Assembly (NCBI GenBank): GCA_031835245.2
Contig: JAVKOQ020000064.1
Location: forward strand, 186,001 to 222,028
Direction: 5' to 3'
DNA length: 36,028 bases
Origin: Balamuthia mandrillaris
Taxonomy: Eukaryota
The position numbers were made by a program, and so were the translations under genes. The notes beneath the pieces are model-generated. The model ran no database searches. It was not told the origin of the DNA and was given only the letters and a program-made list of their open reading frames with translations. Positions 1-11,344 of the stretch are shown here, one piece after another (positions within the stretch are counted from its first letter, which is position 1; every line of letters begins with the position of its first letter).

Positions 1-1468
1 AGGATCGGCCAAAGCGTGAATGATAGCCACGAAGCCTTTCTCCTTGAACTTGGCTCGACCCAAGTTTAACGTCTGTAGGTTGCAGTTCCTTCGAAGAGCG
101 ACCATGAAGAGCTCCGCATCCGCCTCGGTGATGTTATTATCCGACAAGTCCATCTGTTGTTATTTTGGTTGAGAGGAAGAGAAAGAAAAGAAGAGAAGAG
201 AAGAGAGAGAGGGAGAGGGAGAAAGAGAAAGAGAGATAAAGCATGTAACCTTTGTCTGCACTAAATTCTTGTTCGTACAAAGTGCAGTCAGCAGGACAGC
301 CGCATTGCTTCCACTCAAGCCACACGCCCTCACATTGATGCTCCTCAACGTTTTGGTATCCTCCAAGGCCGTTCTGAGCAGCTGCGTCGTGCCATCGTCG
401 ATCGTCTTGTTGAAGGAGAGGTCCAGCTCCTGCAGGTGAACAAGGTTGCGCAGCGGTTTGGCAATGTAGGTCAGGTCGATGCCGGCGCATTGGGAGAGGA
501 AGAGCTTGCGAAGGAGGGAGTGGGTCCCTATCTTTTCTAACCAGGTTTCCAATACCCTTGTTTGTTCGTCGGGTAAGTCTTAAGGAACAACTACAAACCA
601 ACGACGTACGTACTTGGAAGCACCATCATCCAACCTATTCCTAGACAGGTCCAACACCTCGATGCCCAACGACATTCCCAGATGGATGCACAGCGCCAAG
701 AGGATCTCTCTCATACCCTTTCCGTTAACCCCGCACTCGCTGATGTAGAGCGAGTGCAGGGCATGTCGCATGCTCTCTAATGCCGTGGCGAGGTGCTCCG
801 CCGCTTTGGAGGAGGCTATGGTGGTGCCGCGAAAGTCCAGGATCTGGAGGCGGTGCTCGTTGTTGTTGATGATGGCGTTGCGAAAGAGGAGGCAGTGGGC
901 GACGGTCAGCCCCTCGCCGGAGGGCAGGTGAGAGAGCGTCACCTTGGAGAGCGTCTTGTTGTGGAGGAGGGCCTTGAGCACCTGCTTGACGGCCTCCTTG
1001 CGGGGCACGTCGTCCAGGCGCACGCTGCGAAAGTAGGTGTTGTGGTAGAGAGCGCCGATGATGGGCTCCAAGTGGAAGCTTACGTCGGACTTGGGGTCAA
1101 AGCCTGCGTTTGTGTTTGAGTTGTTGTTGGTAGGTTTGAATAAGAAAAAAGAACGAACAAATGCAGGAGGAAAGATGCAGCAAGAGACAAGATGAAGAAG
1201 AAGAAGAAGAAGAAAAAGAAGAAGAAGATCAAGGAAGAAGAGATGTAGTTGAACCAGGGCAAAGGTCGAGGTTAAGGTCGGTAATGCCTCGGGCGTCGAT
1301 ATCACAAATGAACTGGATGAGGTCGTGACTAAAGCTAACGCCCAACAGGTTGCATTGAGCCAAGTAGGTGTCCAAGAATCCATGTGCTGGGCCAATGTCT
1401 AAACATGACCGACAAAGGATGATAAAAGAGAGAGAAATAAGCATGTTATACTTAAAAAAAAGATAATA

Positions 1469-1499
<31 letters not shown>

Positions 1500-2487
1500 A
1501 GAAACAAAAAGTCTTCAAACGAACGTGAGAATACATAGGAAGGATCAACTGGCAATAGACTTTTATGTTTTGAAAGAAATAAAGAGATGAGAAAATATAT
1601 AGGAGAGGAGAACATCCAGAAGAAAGAAAGCAAAAAAAAAAGAAAGAGAAGAGAGAAGAGAGAATGAGGATAAAGAAATGGAGAATAAGAGAACAAAGAC
1701 AAAAAAGAAGAATGCCGAAACAGCAAAGCACACAACAACTTGTGGATAACAACAAGACGTACAAGTGTGGAGGGGCATGCAGCTGAAAGCCGTATTCGCT
1801 GGGAAAGCCGCAGGTGATGCGGAGGTAGGCTAAGCGGATGGCGAGGATCAGTTGCGGCACGCGGCTGCCCTGCACGGTGAAGCCCACCAGCCTCATCTTC
1901 TTGTCCTTGTGCACTTGGAAGGTGAGGTTGGCCTTCCATTGGTGCTTTTGGGTAATGTCCACCAGCTCATAGAGGTGAAAGTTTCTTGTGATCTGTTTTT
2001 TAAGAAGAGAAAAGAAAAACAAAAAAGAAATAGAAAAACAAAAAGATCATGAAAAAGAGAGAAAAAAAATAAACAAAAAACAACAAAACCATCAACAACA
2101 AAACAACAAACAAACAAACAAACAAAAAGTTATTCAATATACCGTCTTTCGACCCAATTTCGAGTTCTTCATCATCAGCACGCGGTACTTGCCCACCGCA
2201 AACACCCTCTTCATTCCCGGCTTTGGCTGTCCCGTTTTCTTGTTGATCGCCTCGGGCAGCCGCCCCCTCCGCAGCATGCCAACGAAGAGAGGCTTTTCCG
2301 GGCTCGCTGCCGTCGCGCTCCCATTGTTGCTGCTGCTGCTGCTGCTGCTGTGCTCGCCTTCGAAGACGCGAAGGGCCTCCACCACGAACTCGAACTCGTC
2401 CTTCTTCACCGGGCGCAGCTTCAGCTCGTGGTGGTCAAAGTTCCAAGCGGCTTCCTTGCTGCAGCCGCCATTCGTGTCCGCTGCCAT
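1..2487 (-). CDS. CARMIL/LRRC16-like (Acan125-type) PH+LRR protein; 5' part only, continues past the left edge
   Basis: Phase-consistent GT-AG exons: 2487-2143, 1992-1763, 1559-1525, 1398-1255, 1103-614, 556-250, 153-<1. A PH-like N-terminus (KRVFAVGKYRVLMM...ITRNFHLYEL) is followed by GFLDTYLAQCNLLG, IIGALYHNTYFRSVRL and ribonuclease-inhibitor-type LRRs (LDLSRNRLDD, LDLSFNKTIDD), as recalled for the CARMIL family. Confidence 0.75.
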
Positions 2488-3112
2488 TATAGCAATTTTT
2501 TCACTTTTTTTTCGATTTTATTTTATTTATTTTATTTTATTTTTATTTTTTGCATGTCGTAGCAAAAAAGTGAAATGACGTGGCGAATGCTTAAACATGG
2601 ATAGTGTGACGTGTTTTTCCAAGTTAGGATATATCGTCGACGTATTTGAAGAGCGTGATAAATTTTGAATATTCTCGAAAATTTGCAATATGTATCAACC
2701 ATCGAAAGGGAGAATAGAACGTCAACAAAGCGAGCCAAACCAGAGCGAGAGAAAGCAGACAGGCCCCTTTGTGGAACAGCGTTTCAGAGGAGGTTTTGTT
2801 TTCCTGGTGACGTACCTGTGCTGTCGGTTTTTCCCCGGACAGAGACCGGGCTTGACCACAGGCGCCCTCTGCTCCCAATAATTATTGTGAATTGCTGGAG
2901 AGATTCACGGCACATTCTCCGAACAAGCATTCCTGCAGGCACACACACAAACGTGCGCGGGTGCGTCCTCCACGAGAGTTCTCAAATACAAATAAAAACA
3001 CACCTGAAAGGCCTTTGCCTCTGGGAAACGCTGCCAAAGGATTTTTTTTTTTTGCACGCAGTAGTTTTCCTTGGACTTTGCACTCCCTGACAAACATAAA
3101 TGCCAGGCCAAA

Positions 3113-3120
3113 TATAAAAG
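3113..3120 (+). promoter_or_regulatory. Putative TATA box of the cupredoxin gene
   Basis: TATAAAAG about 130 bp upstream of ATG 3247, followed by a CA-rich leader. Confidence 0.5.
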
Positions 3121-3246
3121 GCATGACGTCTCTTCCTGCAACAGCCTTCATTCATCGTGCTCTCACGAAGACAACAAACAACAAATAACAAACAACAACA
3201 ACAATAACAACTACCACTGTGAGTAACTGCAATTGCGCCTTTGACC

Positions 3247-3895
3247 ATGAAACTATCGACTCTCTTTGGGCTCTTCCTGATTGGCCTCTGCATTGGTTTC
3301 TGTAGGCTCACTCACTCCTCCTCTCCTGCTTTGCCTTATCTCACGTACCACAAAAACAAAAGCTGCTGCGTATGGCAACTATGGCGGCTATGGAAACGCT
3401 GCTACTCCGAGGGGCACCGTCCACATTGTGCTGGTGGTGCAGGGCCGTTTCATCCCTCCCAACCTGACCGTCTACCCCGGAGACACCGTCTTCTGGCTGT
3501 GGGATCACCCGGGACACAGCGTGGAGGAGACCGTGGGTCCCAACACCTGCAGAGAACCCGCCAGAGAGCGTTTCCCGGACTCTCCCATTGCGGATAGGGG
3601 ATACCACTACCAGTACGTGGCAAGGCAGGCCGATGTGGGGAAGACCATCTATTACAAGTGTGGGCCTCACTGTGAGACAGGCATGCGTGCAAAGTTTAAC
3701 GTGGTGGCAAGAAGAGGGGGGGATGACTTCCCTTTGACCTCTCCCGATTGCTTCTACGGAGGAGGCAATGTGACGGTATATGATGGCGGAAACGTGGGTT
3801 ATGACGGCAGCGTGTACGATGGGGGCAACGTGCAGTACAATTCCAACACTGGAGAGTCTTCCGGTGCTGCCTCTCTGGAGGCATTCTGGCTCTAA
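3247..3895 (+). CDS. Secreted cupredoxin (plastocyanin/phytocyanin-like type-1 blue copper protein)
   Basis: Hydrophobic signal-like exon 1 (MKLSTLFGLFLIGLCI), then a phase-1 intron (donor 3296 or 3302, acceptor AG 3361-3362). Exon 2 has FIPPNLTVYPGDTVFWLW..GHSV and YYKCGPHCETGMRAKFNV, giving the His...Cys-x2-His-x4-Met copper ligands. Confidence 0.8.
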
Positions 3896-4031
3896 AACGG
3901 TTCAACTGGGAGAACGCGTTTGGGGCATTCTCTTCCGCCTAAATATTCTCTCAATGCTTTGTTTTTTAAACTGTGGAATAACACTTTAAGTTTTAAATCA
4001 GAAATAACAAAACGTATCCTTTGTTTTCAAG

Positions 4032-7000
4032 CTATCGATGACGATGAGTTGAGTTGGAGTAAGAGAGTCCAAGGCTCTTGAACAAGAAGGCATATTCAAA
4101 GGCGACATCCTTATAGTAGTTATAGCGTCCTCCCTCTCCCGCGTGTCCCGTATCCGTGTTCACTCTCAACAAAACGACTCCATCTTTCTTCTTCCTCCCT
4201 TCTTCGTTGTGTTCTTCTCTTGCTTTTGCCAAAGAAGAAGAAAAAGAGCGCATCTTAGCAACCCACTTGGCAGATTGCCAATAAGGCACTCTCGCATCCA
4301 ACGTCGAAGTGGTCAACAATACATCACAACTTTGAGATGAAGGAGCAGAAGGAGGCATCAAGTTTAAGTAAGGATCGTAGGACCGAATGTACCGAAAAAC
4401 GCGTTCGTCCTCTGTTGGGTTGCCCCACTCGTCGTACTCATGAATGGTCAAAGGCAACGTTGGATCCATCATCGCCGTCATCACATCCAAAAATGGTACT
4501 CCCATTATCATCGCTTTAAACAGTACCGAAGAGTCTTCTTTGTTCTCGTTCTGTAGGAGTTGCAGCTGTTGATGTTGATGCATCATGTTGTAGACGGCGC
4601 CAAGAAGAAGACCGCCAGCAGAAGACGCTTTGGCAGCGGAGAGGGAAGGACGCGAGTAACGTAGCTGATGGAGGTGACGAGCGCAGGCCATAAAGTCATG
4701 GAAGCTGTTCTTCTTGTTGAGTTGTTTGCCTCGAAGGTACCATTCTCTTCCCATCTCGCCACCTCCTCTGTGTGCGTGTGAGTGCGTATTTTTTTTTGTA
4801 TTTGTTTTGCGTTTTGTTAAATATGGGACGCAAAAGAAGAACACAACACGAAACGAAAGAGGAGAATAATTACCTGACATGAGCAAGAGCAACTACCCAA
4901 CCTCGCATCAACAAAGGAATGTGCTTAGGACGAAATTCAGCTTCCATATTTTGACTGTACGCTCCATATCCCAACAGTAACAATGGATTACTAAGATTGT
5001 TGTAAAATTTGTTGTTAGTTTGTCAGAAAGAGAAAATAAGAACACAGCAAAGGGAGAGCTTTACCTTCCGTCTAGATTCAAGCCCTTCTTATGAAAGACG
5101 GTAAGTGGTACTGGTGTACCATCTTCAGGAGAAGTGGCGTGTAAACGACTGCACTCATAATCATTTGGGTTATACCCTTCATCAAAAAAAAAAAAAAAAA
5201 AAAAAACAACCAATGTATTGTTAATACGGTCCTCTCTAAGATAAATCAAAGGAGAAAGAATAAAACCTGGAATGTTGGTGACGCGAAGAGGTTCTAAGCG
5301 TCTATTATCAATGTGATAGTCAAAGGTGCATTCCGGTGCAACAGGAGTGGAAAAAGAAAATCGGAACTTGCGGCTGTAGTAATCCTATTTGTTGTTTTAA
5401 TATCAGATGAAAGAAGAAAAGAACAAACGAAGAAAGAAGGAAAACGAAGGGATCTTACCCCATTACCACCTGGATGAAGAGAACAAACGGGATGAGGCAA
5501 AGAAACCATATGGGACGTCAAATCGTTCAAAGAAAGCACTCTCAACTGCGGAAGACCGTCTTTACGTTCATAAGTCACAATGTGGTCATTGAATACATCC
5601 ACGTCTTCAATTCTCGTTCCAGGAGTTGGCTCTAAGACTTTCTCCCAAGCAGATCGTGGAGGAGGAGAAGTTGCTGCATTCTTCCCGTCTCGTTCATTAC
5701 TAGAAGCTGACGAATGAAGGATTTTGTCTTGGTGGATTTTGGCGACTATATAGTCACCTTTACCATCACGATTGGTTATAATGTAGAAATAATTCTATTC
5801 AACAGAAAAGAAAGAAAAGAGAAAGAGAAGATAAGCAAACATGAAAGCAACAAACAATGAGACAAGGATTATACCCCTGAGTGATCCACGTAATACTCCA
5901 AACCGGTTTGGCGTGGATGAATAAGGTAAAGAGAAGTGGCCGTCGAAGAGGTGGACGAAGGTAATACCCGCACCTCCGATGTTGTTTTTGAATTGCTCGT
6001 TATGGAAACGAATTTCTGTGGCGGCAAAAGTTTGTGTAAAAAGAATGGTTTCAATGAGTTAGTTTATACAGAGGGAAAAATAAAGAGAGGAGGACTGACA
6101 AACGGGAATGAATAACGAAGAATAAAAGAAACAAGACTTTAGAAAAATGAGTAAATAGAAAAAGGATAAACACGAGTAAACGATCGCACGATTAAAAAGA
6201 TACCTTATCTTTAGTCTTACCAACATCTACAAAGAAAGCATGGTCTGGTTCTTCGTAGATGAGTTGGTCTTCAGAGGTGTCGGTTCCCAACCGATGACGA
6301 TAAACTCGCCAGGGTCGTCTTAGTTGATCTGGAACTGTGTAAAATAATGTACTGTCGTCATCACCCCATTCCACTGAGATGACTCCTTTTATTACTTCCC
6401 ATTTATTGCCTGGTTTTGTCTAAAGGACAAAATGTTTCAGTTGGAAAGCAAACGAGAAACAACGAAATAGACAGCGAAACACAGATGAGAAGTGAGACAA
6501 CACGAAGAAACAGAAAATAGGAGCAGACCTTATGTGAGGGATGATAGGACAGAGTTCTGACGTACGCAGAAAAAGTGTCATCTCCCGTAACATCCATGGT
6601 GAAAGCTAACATAGTCTTGCTGGGACTCACTTTCATGAGGTTAATGTGAATGAAAGGATGCCCTCGGGCTTCCTTGTTCTGGTCCAGTACCACTTCTTCC
6701 TGTGAAGAACCGACTTTGCGTCGACAGTAGATGGGAAAGTTCTCTCCTTCCACGTGTCGAAGGTAGTAGAGATAGCCTTCCATTTCTTCGGGAATAGTGT
6801 CCTCTGGTTGGACTCTCGATGCCATCTCCTATTTTTATAGTGTGGAGGAAGCAGAAGAGAGAGAGAGAGAGAGAAGAGAACAGGAAGACGAAGAGAAGTG
6901 GGCGATGAAGAAAAGAGAATGAGTGAAAGATGGAGGCAGAATGGACAAAAAAAGGCAGTAAATAAAAGTACTCTATACAGCTCTTTCTGTGTAGCCATAC

Positions 7001-7959
7001 TGTCTTTCATCATGGCCATCGTGTATCTGAGCAATACAAAAAAAAAAAAAAAGAAGCGCAAATATCAGCAGAGAAGCAAAATGAAAGAAGAGAGGAATGA
7101 AGAACAATAAAAGAAGAAAGAAGAAAGAAGAAAGACGAAAGAAGAAAGAAGAAAGAAGAAAGAAGAAAGAAGAAAGAAGAAAGAAGAAAGAAGAAAGAAG
7201 AAAGAAGAAGAAGAAAGAAAGAAGACCGAAGAACGAAGAACGATGTGTGAACATAAGAAAAGAACGAAGAACGAAGAATGAAGAACAAGAAGAACGAGAA
7301 AGGAAGATAACAGTATGAAGGATGGATAAAGAGATAAGCAGAAAGGAGGAAAGACGAACAGAGAGACAGAAGACAGACAAGAGTTGAAACAAGAACGCAG
7401 AGCAAAGCACAAGAAGCAAGAAACCGAAGGAGAGAGAGAGAGAGAAAAAGAGAACACCAGGTGACAAACCTATGCTCCTCTTCCAAGTATCGCTGCACCC
7501 GAGGGGAGCTCTCCTCCTCCAACCATGCAAAGGGGTCCCGCCACGTCTCCCCATGCAGCGTGCGCGTTTCCTCCCGGATCCCAAGAGGGGAAGAAGAAGG
7601 GGGACACGGCGCTCTTATGTCCTTGGTTGCAAATCCAATCGATGCTGAGGTGCTTAAACAAAAACTGTTAACAACACATCATAAATCCAAAAAAAATCCA
7701 AAAAAAACAAATGGTTCTCTTACGATGTCTTTGAGGAGGAGGAGGAGGAGGAAGCAGAGGTCTTCTTTTTGAGCCAACGGCCAAGGAACAGGTGACGGGC
7801 GTGCTGTAGGGAACCACGACGATCGGAGGGGTGAGGAGGGGGAGTGGTGAGTGCCGTTGTGGTTGGGTTGCACGGTGGCAAGCGGTGTGGAAGCAGAGAC
7901 CCGAAGGGGTGGTGGTGAAGCCACCACCGCAGCGGCGCGGCGGCTGAGGGCGCAAGCAT
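4032..7959 (-). CDS. Oligopeptidase B / PREPL-like prolyl oligopeptidase family (S9A) serine peptidase, about 11 exons
   Basis: Motifs HGETWRDPFAWLEE..VQRYLEEE, GYLYYLRHVEGENFPIYCRRK, EWGDDDSTLFYT, RGGGEMGREWY..GKQLNKKNSFHDF and VPFLDV...PLTIHEYDEWGNP. The triad is Ser (ASSAGG), Asp (LDARV) and His (TGHAG). Exon 1 (7959-7724) joins exon 2 (from 7664) in phase; the start codon is less certain. Confidence 0.85.
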
Positions 7960-8067
7960 GGTTGTTCCTCCTCTCCCGTTCATCTTTCCTCTTCTTTCTT
8001 TTCTTTTCTTTTCTTTCGTTTTTAATATAATATTTGTAAGAATGCACAAGAGAGAAGAGAGAGAAGT

Positions 8068-9100
8068 CTACTTGGTGGCAAGGGAAGAGGCAGGAAGGGG
8101 CCGGAGGAGGCAGCTCGGGCTGCAACACAACAGCCCCCACTACACTCCTCGTTCCTCGTCCCAACACCTTCTCACCGCCCTTTCCCTTGCTTCCCCTCCT
8201 TCTTCTTCCTCCTCCTCCTCCGCTTCTGCGGCTAAAAACAGCTGAGCACCGGCAGCACCACCACGACCTCCTCCACGCTCTCTTCTCCCTCTTCTTCTTT
8301 TGTCTGCTGTTGTCCTTTCCTTCTGCTGGGTTGTGGGCCTCTCCGCTGTCAGAGAAGAAGAAGAAGAAAGCCAAGTGAAGGTGAGGGGCGGGTCGGGAAC
8401 AGGGCTCAACAGGCCGGGTGGCAAAAGCTGGTTCCTCAGCACCGCCTCTCCGCTCAACTGCCACAAACTCTTCACTGTGGCATGCTTGCTCCTCATGGAC
8501 GGTGATTGCTCTGGTTTTGCTCTTTGCTTCTGTTGCTTCTGCTTCTCCTTTTTCTCCTCTTGCTCTTGCTCTTGCTCTTGCTCTTGCTCTTGCTCTTGCT
8601 CTTGCTCTTGCTCTTGCTCTTGCTCTTGCTCTTGCTCTTGCTCTTGCTCTTGCTCTCCTTCCTCATTCTCTTTCCATTTGTTTGAGAAGTGCTTGTTGCT
8701 GGCGAAAGGGTGGAGGGGAGTGTGTTTGCAAGGATGGGAGAAGCCAAACCATGGAGCAAGGCAGTGCTGCTAAGAAGGGGTTCTCCCCTAGATTGCACCA
8801 GTTGTGGTAGCAGCGGGTGAGAGCAGTGAGCTGGCCAAACTCATTTGGCAAGAAGCTCAGCTTGTTGCTGGAGAAGTAGCAATAAGTGAGAGCAGAGAGC
8901 AGGCCAAACTCCCTTAGCAAGGAGCTCAGCTTGTTATGGCAGAGGAATCAATGAGGAAGAGCGAAGAGCTGACCAAACTCCCTTGGCAAGGAGCTCAGCT
9001 CATTGTGGATGAGGTGGCAGGCGGTGGAGTGTGCAAAGGGTTGGAGCAGGGTGGGAAGGGCTGGGCTTTCCCCCTCCTCTACCTTGCCTGTGGGCTGCAT
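8068..9100 (-). pseudogene. LRR/BC-box family paralogue 1, disrupted (3 LRRs plus cap)
   Basis: Colinear with 11345-13174, but carries an in-frame TGA at 8950-8948 (replacing the repeat Cys codon), a frameshift near 8670 (QMERE* versus QMEENEEE), an expanded hexamer repeat, and TAG at 8142-8140 where the paralogues have TGG. The ancestral stop is at 8070-8068. Confidence 0.85.
8557..8657. repeat. (CTCTTG)n hexamer microsatellite inside the pseudogene linker
   Basis: About 16 perfect units; the intact paralogues have only 1-3 units at the equivalent QE linker. Confidence 0.9.
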
Positions 9101-9325
9101 TCTCTCTCCTTCCTTTCTTTATTTTTTTGCTTTCTTTGCACATACCAATTTCATAGAGCTTTTTCCATGGGCTTAAACAGAGTTCAACCAAGTTGAAGAG
9201 TTTTTTACTTATGATAAAAACCTCTGTTTCCGTTTATATGAAGTTGAGAAGATTCAAAAGCAAACTAATAACTATGCCAATTTTATTTCTTTTTTGTGAG
9301 TATTATTAAAAAGAAAGAAATGTGA

Positions 9326-9501
9326 TTTCCTATAGATCTATTCTAAATCCTCAACTTTCCTTGATCTTGGGCGTGCTTCTTAATGCTCTGGGGATAGAAT
9401 CTTGGCTTTAGTGTCAATGTTCCCCAGAGCATAGGCAAAATCAGTAGCCAGCACGCCCAAGATCAAGGAAAGTTGAGGATTTAGAATAGATCTATAGGAA
9501 A
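9326..9501. repeat. Long perfect inverted repeat (hairpin)
   Basis: 9326-9377 is the exact reverse complement of 9450-9501 (52 bp). An inner 12-bp stem pairs 9383-9394 with 9421-9432. The outer stem extends to 9321/9506 with one mismatch. Confidence 0.95.
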
Positions 9502-9650
9502 GCACAAGAAGCTTCTACAGAAGAATGAAGTGACTACGACTCTGCTCATTGACTATTCTTCGTGTCGTCCCAGCAGCTGGATATAATTAAAATTCCATAC
9601 ATTTTAAACATGCTGTAAATTCCTCAAATCGTTAACATTTTTGGCATTAC

Positions 9651-10428
9651 ATGGCACGCCTGGTGATGGAGAAGAACAAAGCAGAAGAAGAAGCGCTGTG
9701 GAGGGTGCCGACCAAAGTGGAGGCCGAGCATGTGCATCAGGTGTACAATGCCATCGCCACTCATTTTAGCGAAACACGCTATAAGGTTAGAGAACGCCTT
9801 ATTTTAATTTGTTTTTTTTTCCTTCTCTCTTCCCATCTGAGGTCTGATCTCTTTCTCTTCCCTCTTCTCCTCTCTTCTCTCTTTCTCTTGCTTTCTCTCA
9901 GCCATGGCCACTGGTGGAAAAGTTCATGTTGGAGCAGGAGGAAGGTTCTGTGGTTGCTGATGTCGGCTGTGGCAACGGCAAATACATGGGCGTGAACCCG
10001 CGCTGCTTCGCTCTTGGCTCCGACTGGTCCCCCTTTTTTCTTTCTCTCCTTCTCTCTTTCCGTTCTCTTGGTTTCTTTGCTTCCCTGCTTCTCGTTTTGC
10101 TCTTTCTCTGCTCTCTCTGCCTCTCTTCTCTGCTTCTCTCTTCTTCTATGCCTCTCGTTCTCTCGTTCTCTCGTTCTCTTCTCTTCTCTTCTCTTCATTG
10201 TTCACTTCTCTCTTCTCTCTTCTCTCATTCTTTCTTCTCTCGTTCTCTCTCTTCTCTCTTCTTTCTCTTCTTCTCATATGATTATTAAAATGTTTTCTTT
10301 CCTAAAAACAAAGGAGTTCAGAGCTGATCAGCATCTGCAAAGAGAGAGGGTTTGAGGCAATGATTGCCGACAACATGAACCTTCCCTATCGCTCCGCAGC
10401 TTTTGTATGCCATTTTCTTTTTCATCTT

Positions 10429-10463
<35 letters not shown>

Positions 10464-11164
10464 AGAGTATAAACTTACACGAATATGATATGCAATGCAT
10501 GCTTGTAAAACAACAACAAAGGATGCAGTGATATCTATTGCAGTCATTCATCATTTATCATCGCGGGAGCGACGGTTGCACACCATGCAAGAGCTGCATC
10601 GAATTCTGAAAGTTGGAGGAAGAATGCTGATAACGGCCTGGGCCTTTGAGCAAGTTTGTCCTTGTGTTCTGCTTTCTGTCTTTGTGCTTTTGTATTCGCT
10701 CTTTCTCTCATAGTCTTGGCCAAAAACACCACAACTACAACAACAACAGGAAAAGAAAAAGTACGAAGAGCAGGACGTGCTCATCCCATGGCACTTCAAG
10801 CAATATCCTCCAAAAGGAAAACAACAACTGTCCCAGCAAGAACAACCGAAAGAAGGAAAGAAAAAAGGCGAGGAATTGACTCTGTTTCAAAGGTTTCTCT
10901 CTTCTGTTCTGTTGCTCGTTCTCTCTTATCTCGGTCTCTCCATGCTGCTCTTCTTCTCTCGTTCTCTCTCTTTCTTGGAGCAGCAAAGAACAAACAATAA
11001 CCAAAAACCTCCCTCAAAGATATTATCATCTCTTCAAAAAAGGGGAACTGGAAGAATTGGCAGCCAACATTCCTGGTTTACGTGTGGTGGAAGTTGCATG
11101 GGATCATGACAACTGGTATCTCTTTGCTGAGAAACTTGATTCTTCTTCTTGTTCTTCTTCTTGA
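9651..11164 (+). CDS. Trm9/ALKBH8-type tRNA (carboxymethyluridine) methyltransferase, stand-alone methyltransferase domain
   Basis: Exons approx. 9651-9785, 9902-10026, 10314-10404, 10522-10653, 10750-10892, 11020-11164. Motifs VHQVYNAIATHFSETRYKPWP, VADVGCGNGKY, DAVISIAVIHHL, LITAWAFEQ, QDVLIPW, RYYHLFKKGELE and DHDNW. Confidence 0.9.
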
Positions 11165-11344
11165 AACGACAAAGAAAGCAAAGAAAAATATTGTTATGAA
11201 GACACTGAAGAGATCCAATGCAAGACTTCTCTTCCTTTGGAGCTGTGTTTGCTGGCGAGGAAAGCAAAGAAGCTTGCGCTGCTGTCTCTCTCTTTTTTTT
11301 TTTCTTCACTGCATGGTTGAGCAGAGGAAGAGCAAAAAAGAAGT

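Noticed and set aside
6973..7584. Phe/Leu/Ser-rich, membrane-protein-like ORFs (also 1229-2022, 9914-10355, 19421-19863)
   Set aside because: They are read-through of pyrimidine-rich introns in spliced genes.
9321..9506. Autonomous transposon or tRNA/rRNA gene at the hairpin or elsewhere in the window
   Set aside because: No transposase, reverse transcriptase or integrase ORF, no clear target-site duplication, and no tRNA or rRNA signature was recognisable by eye.
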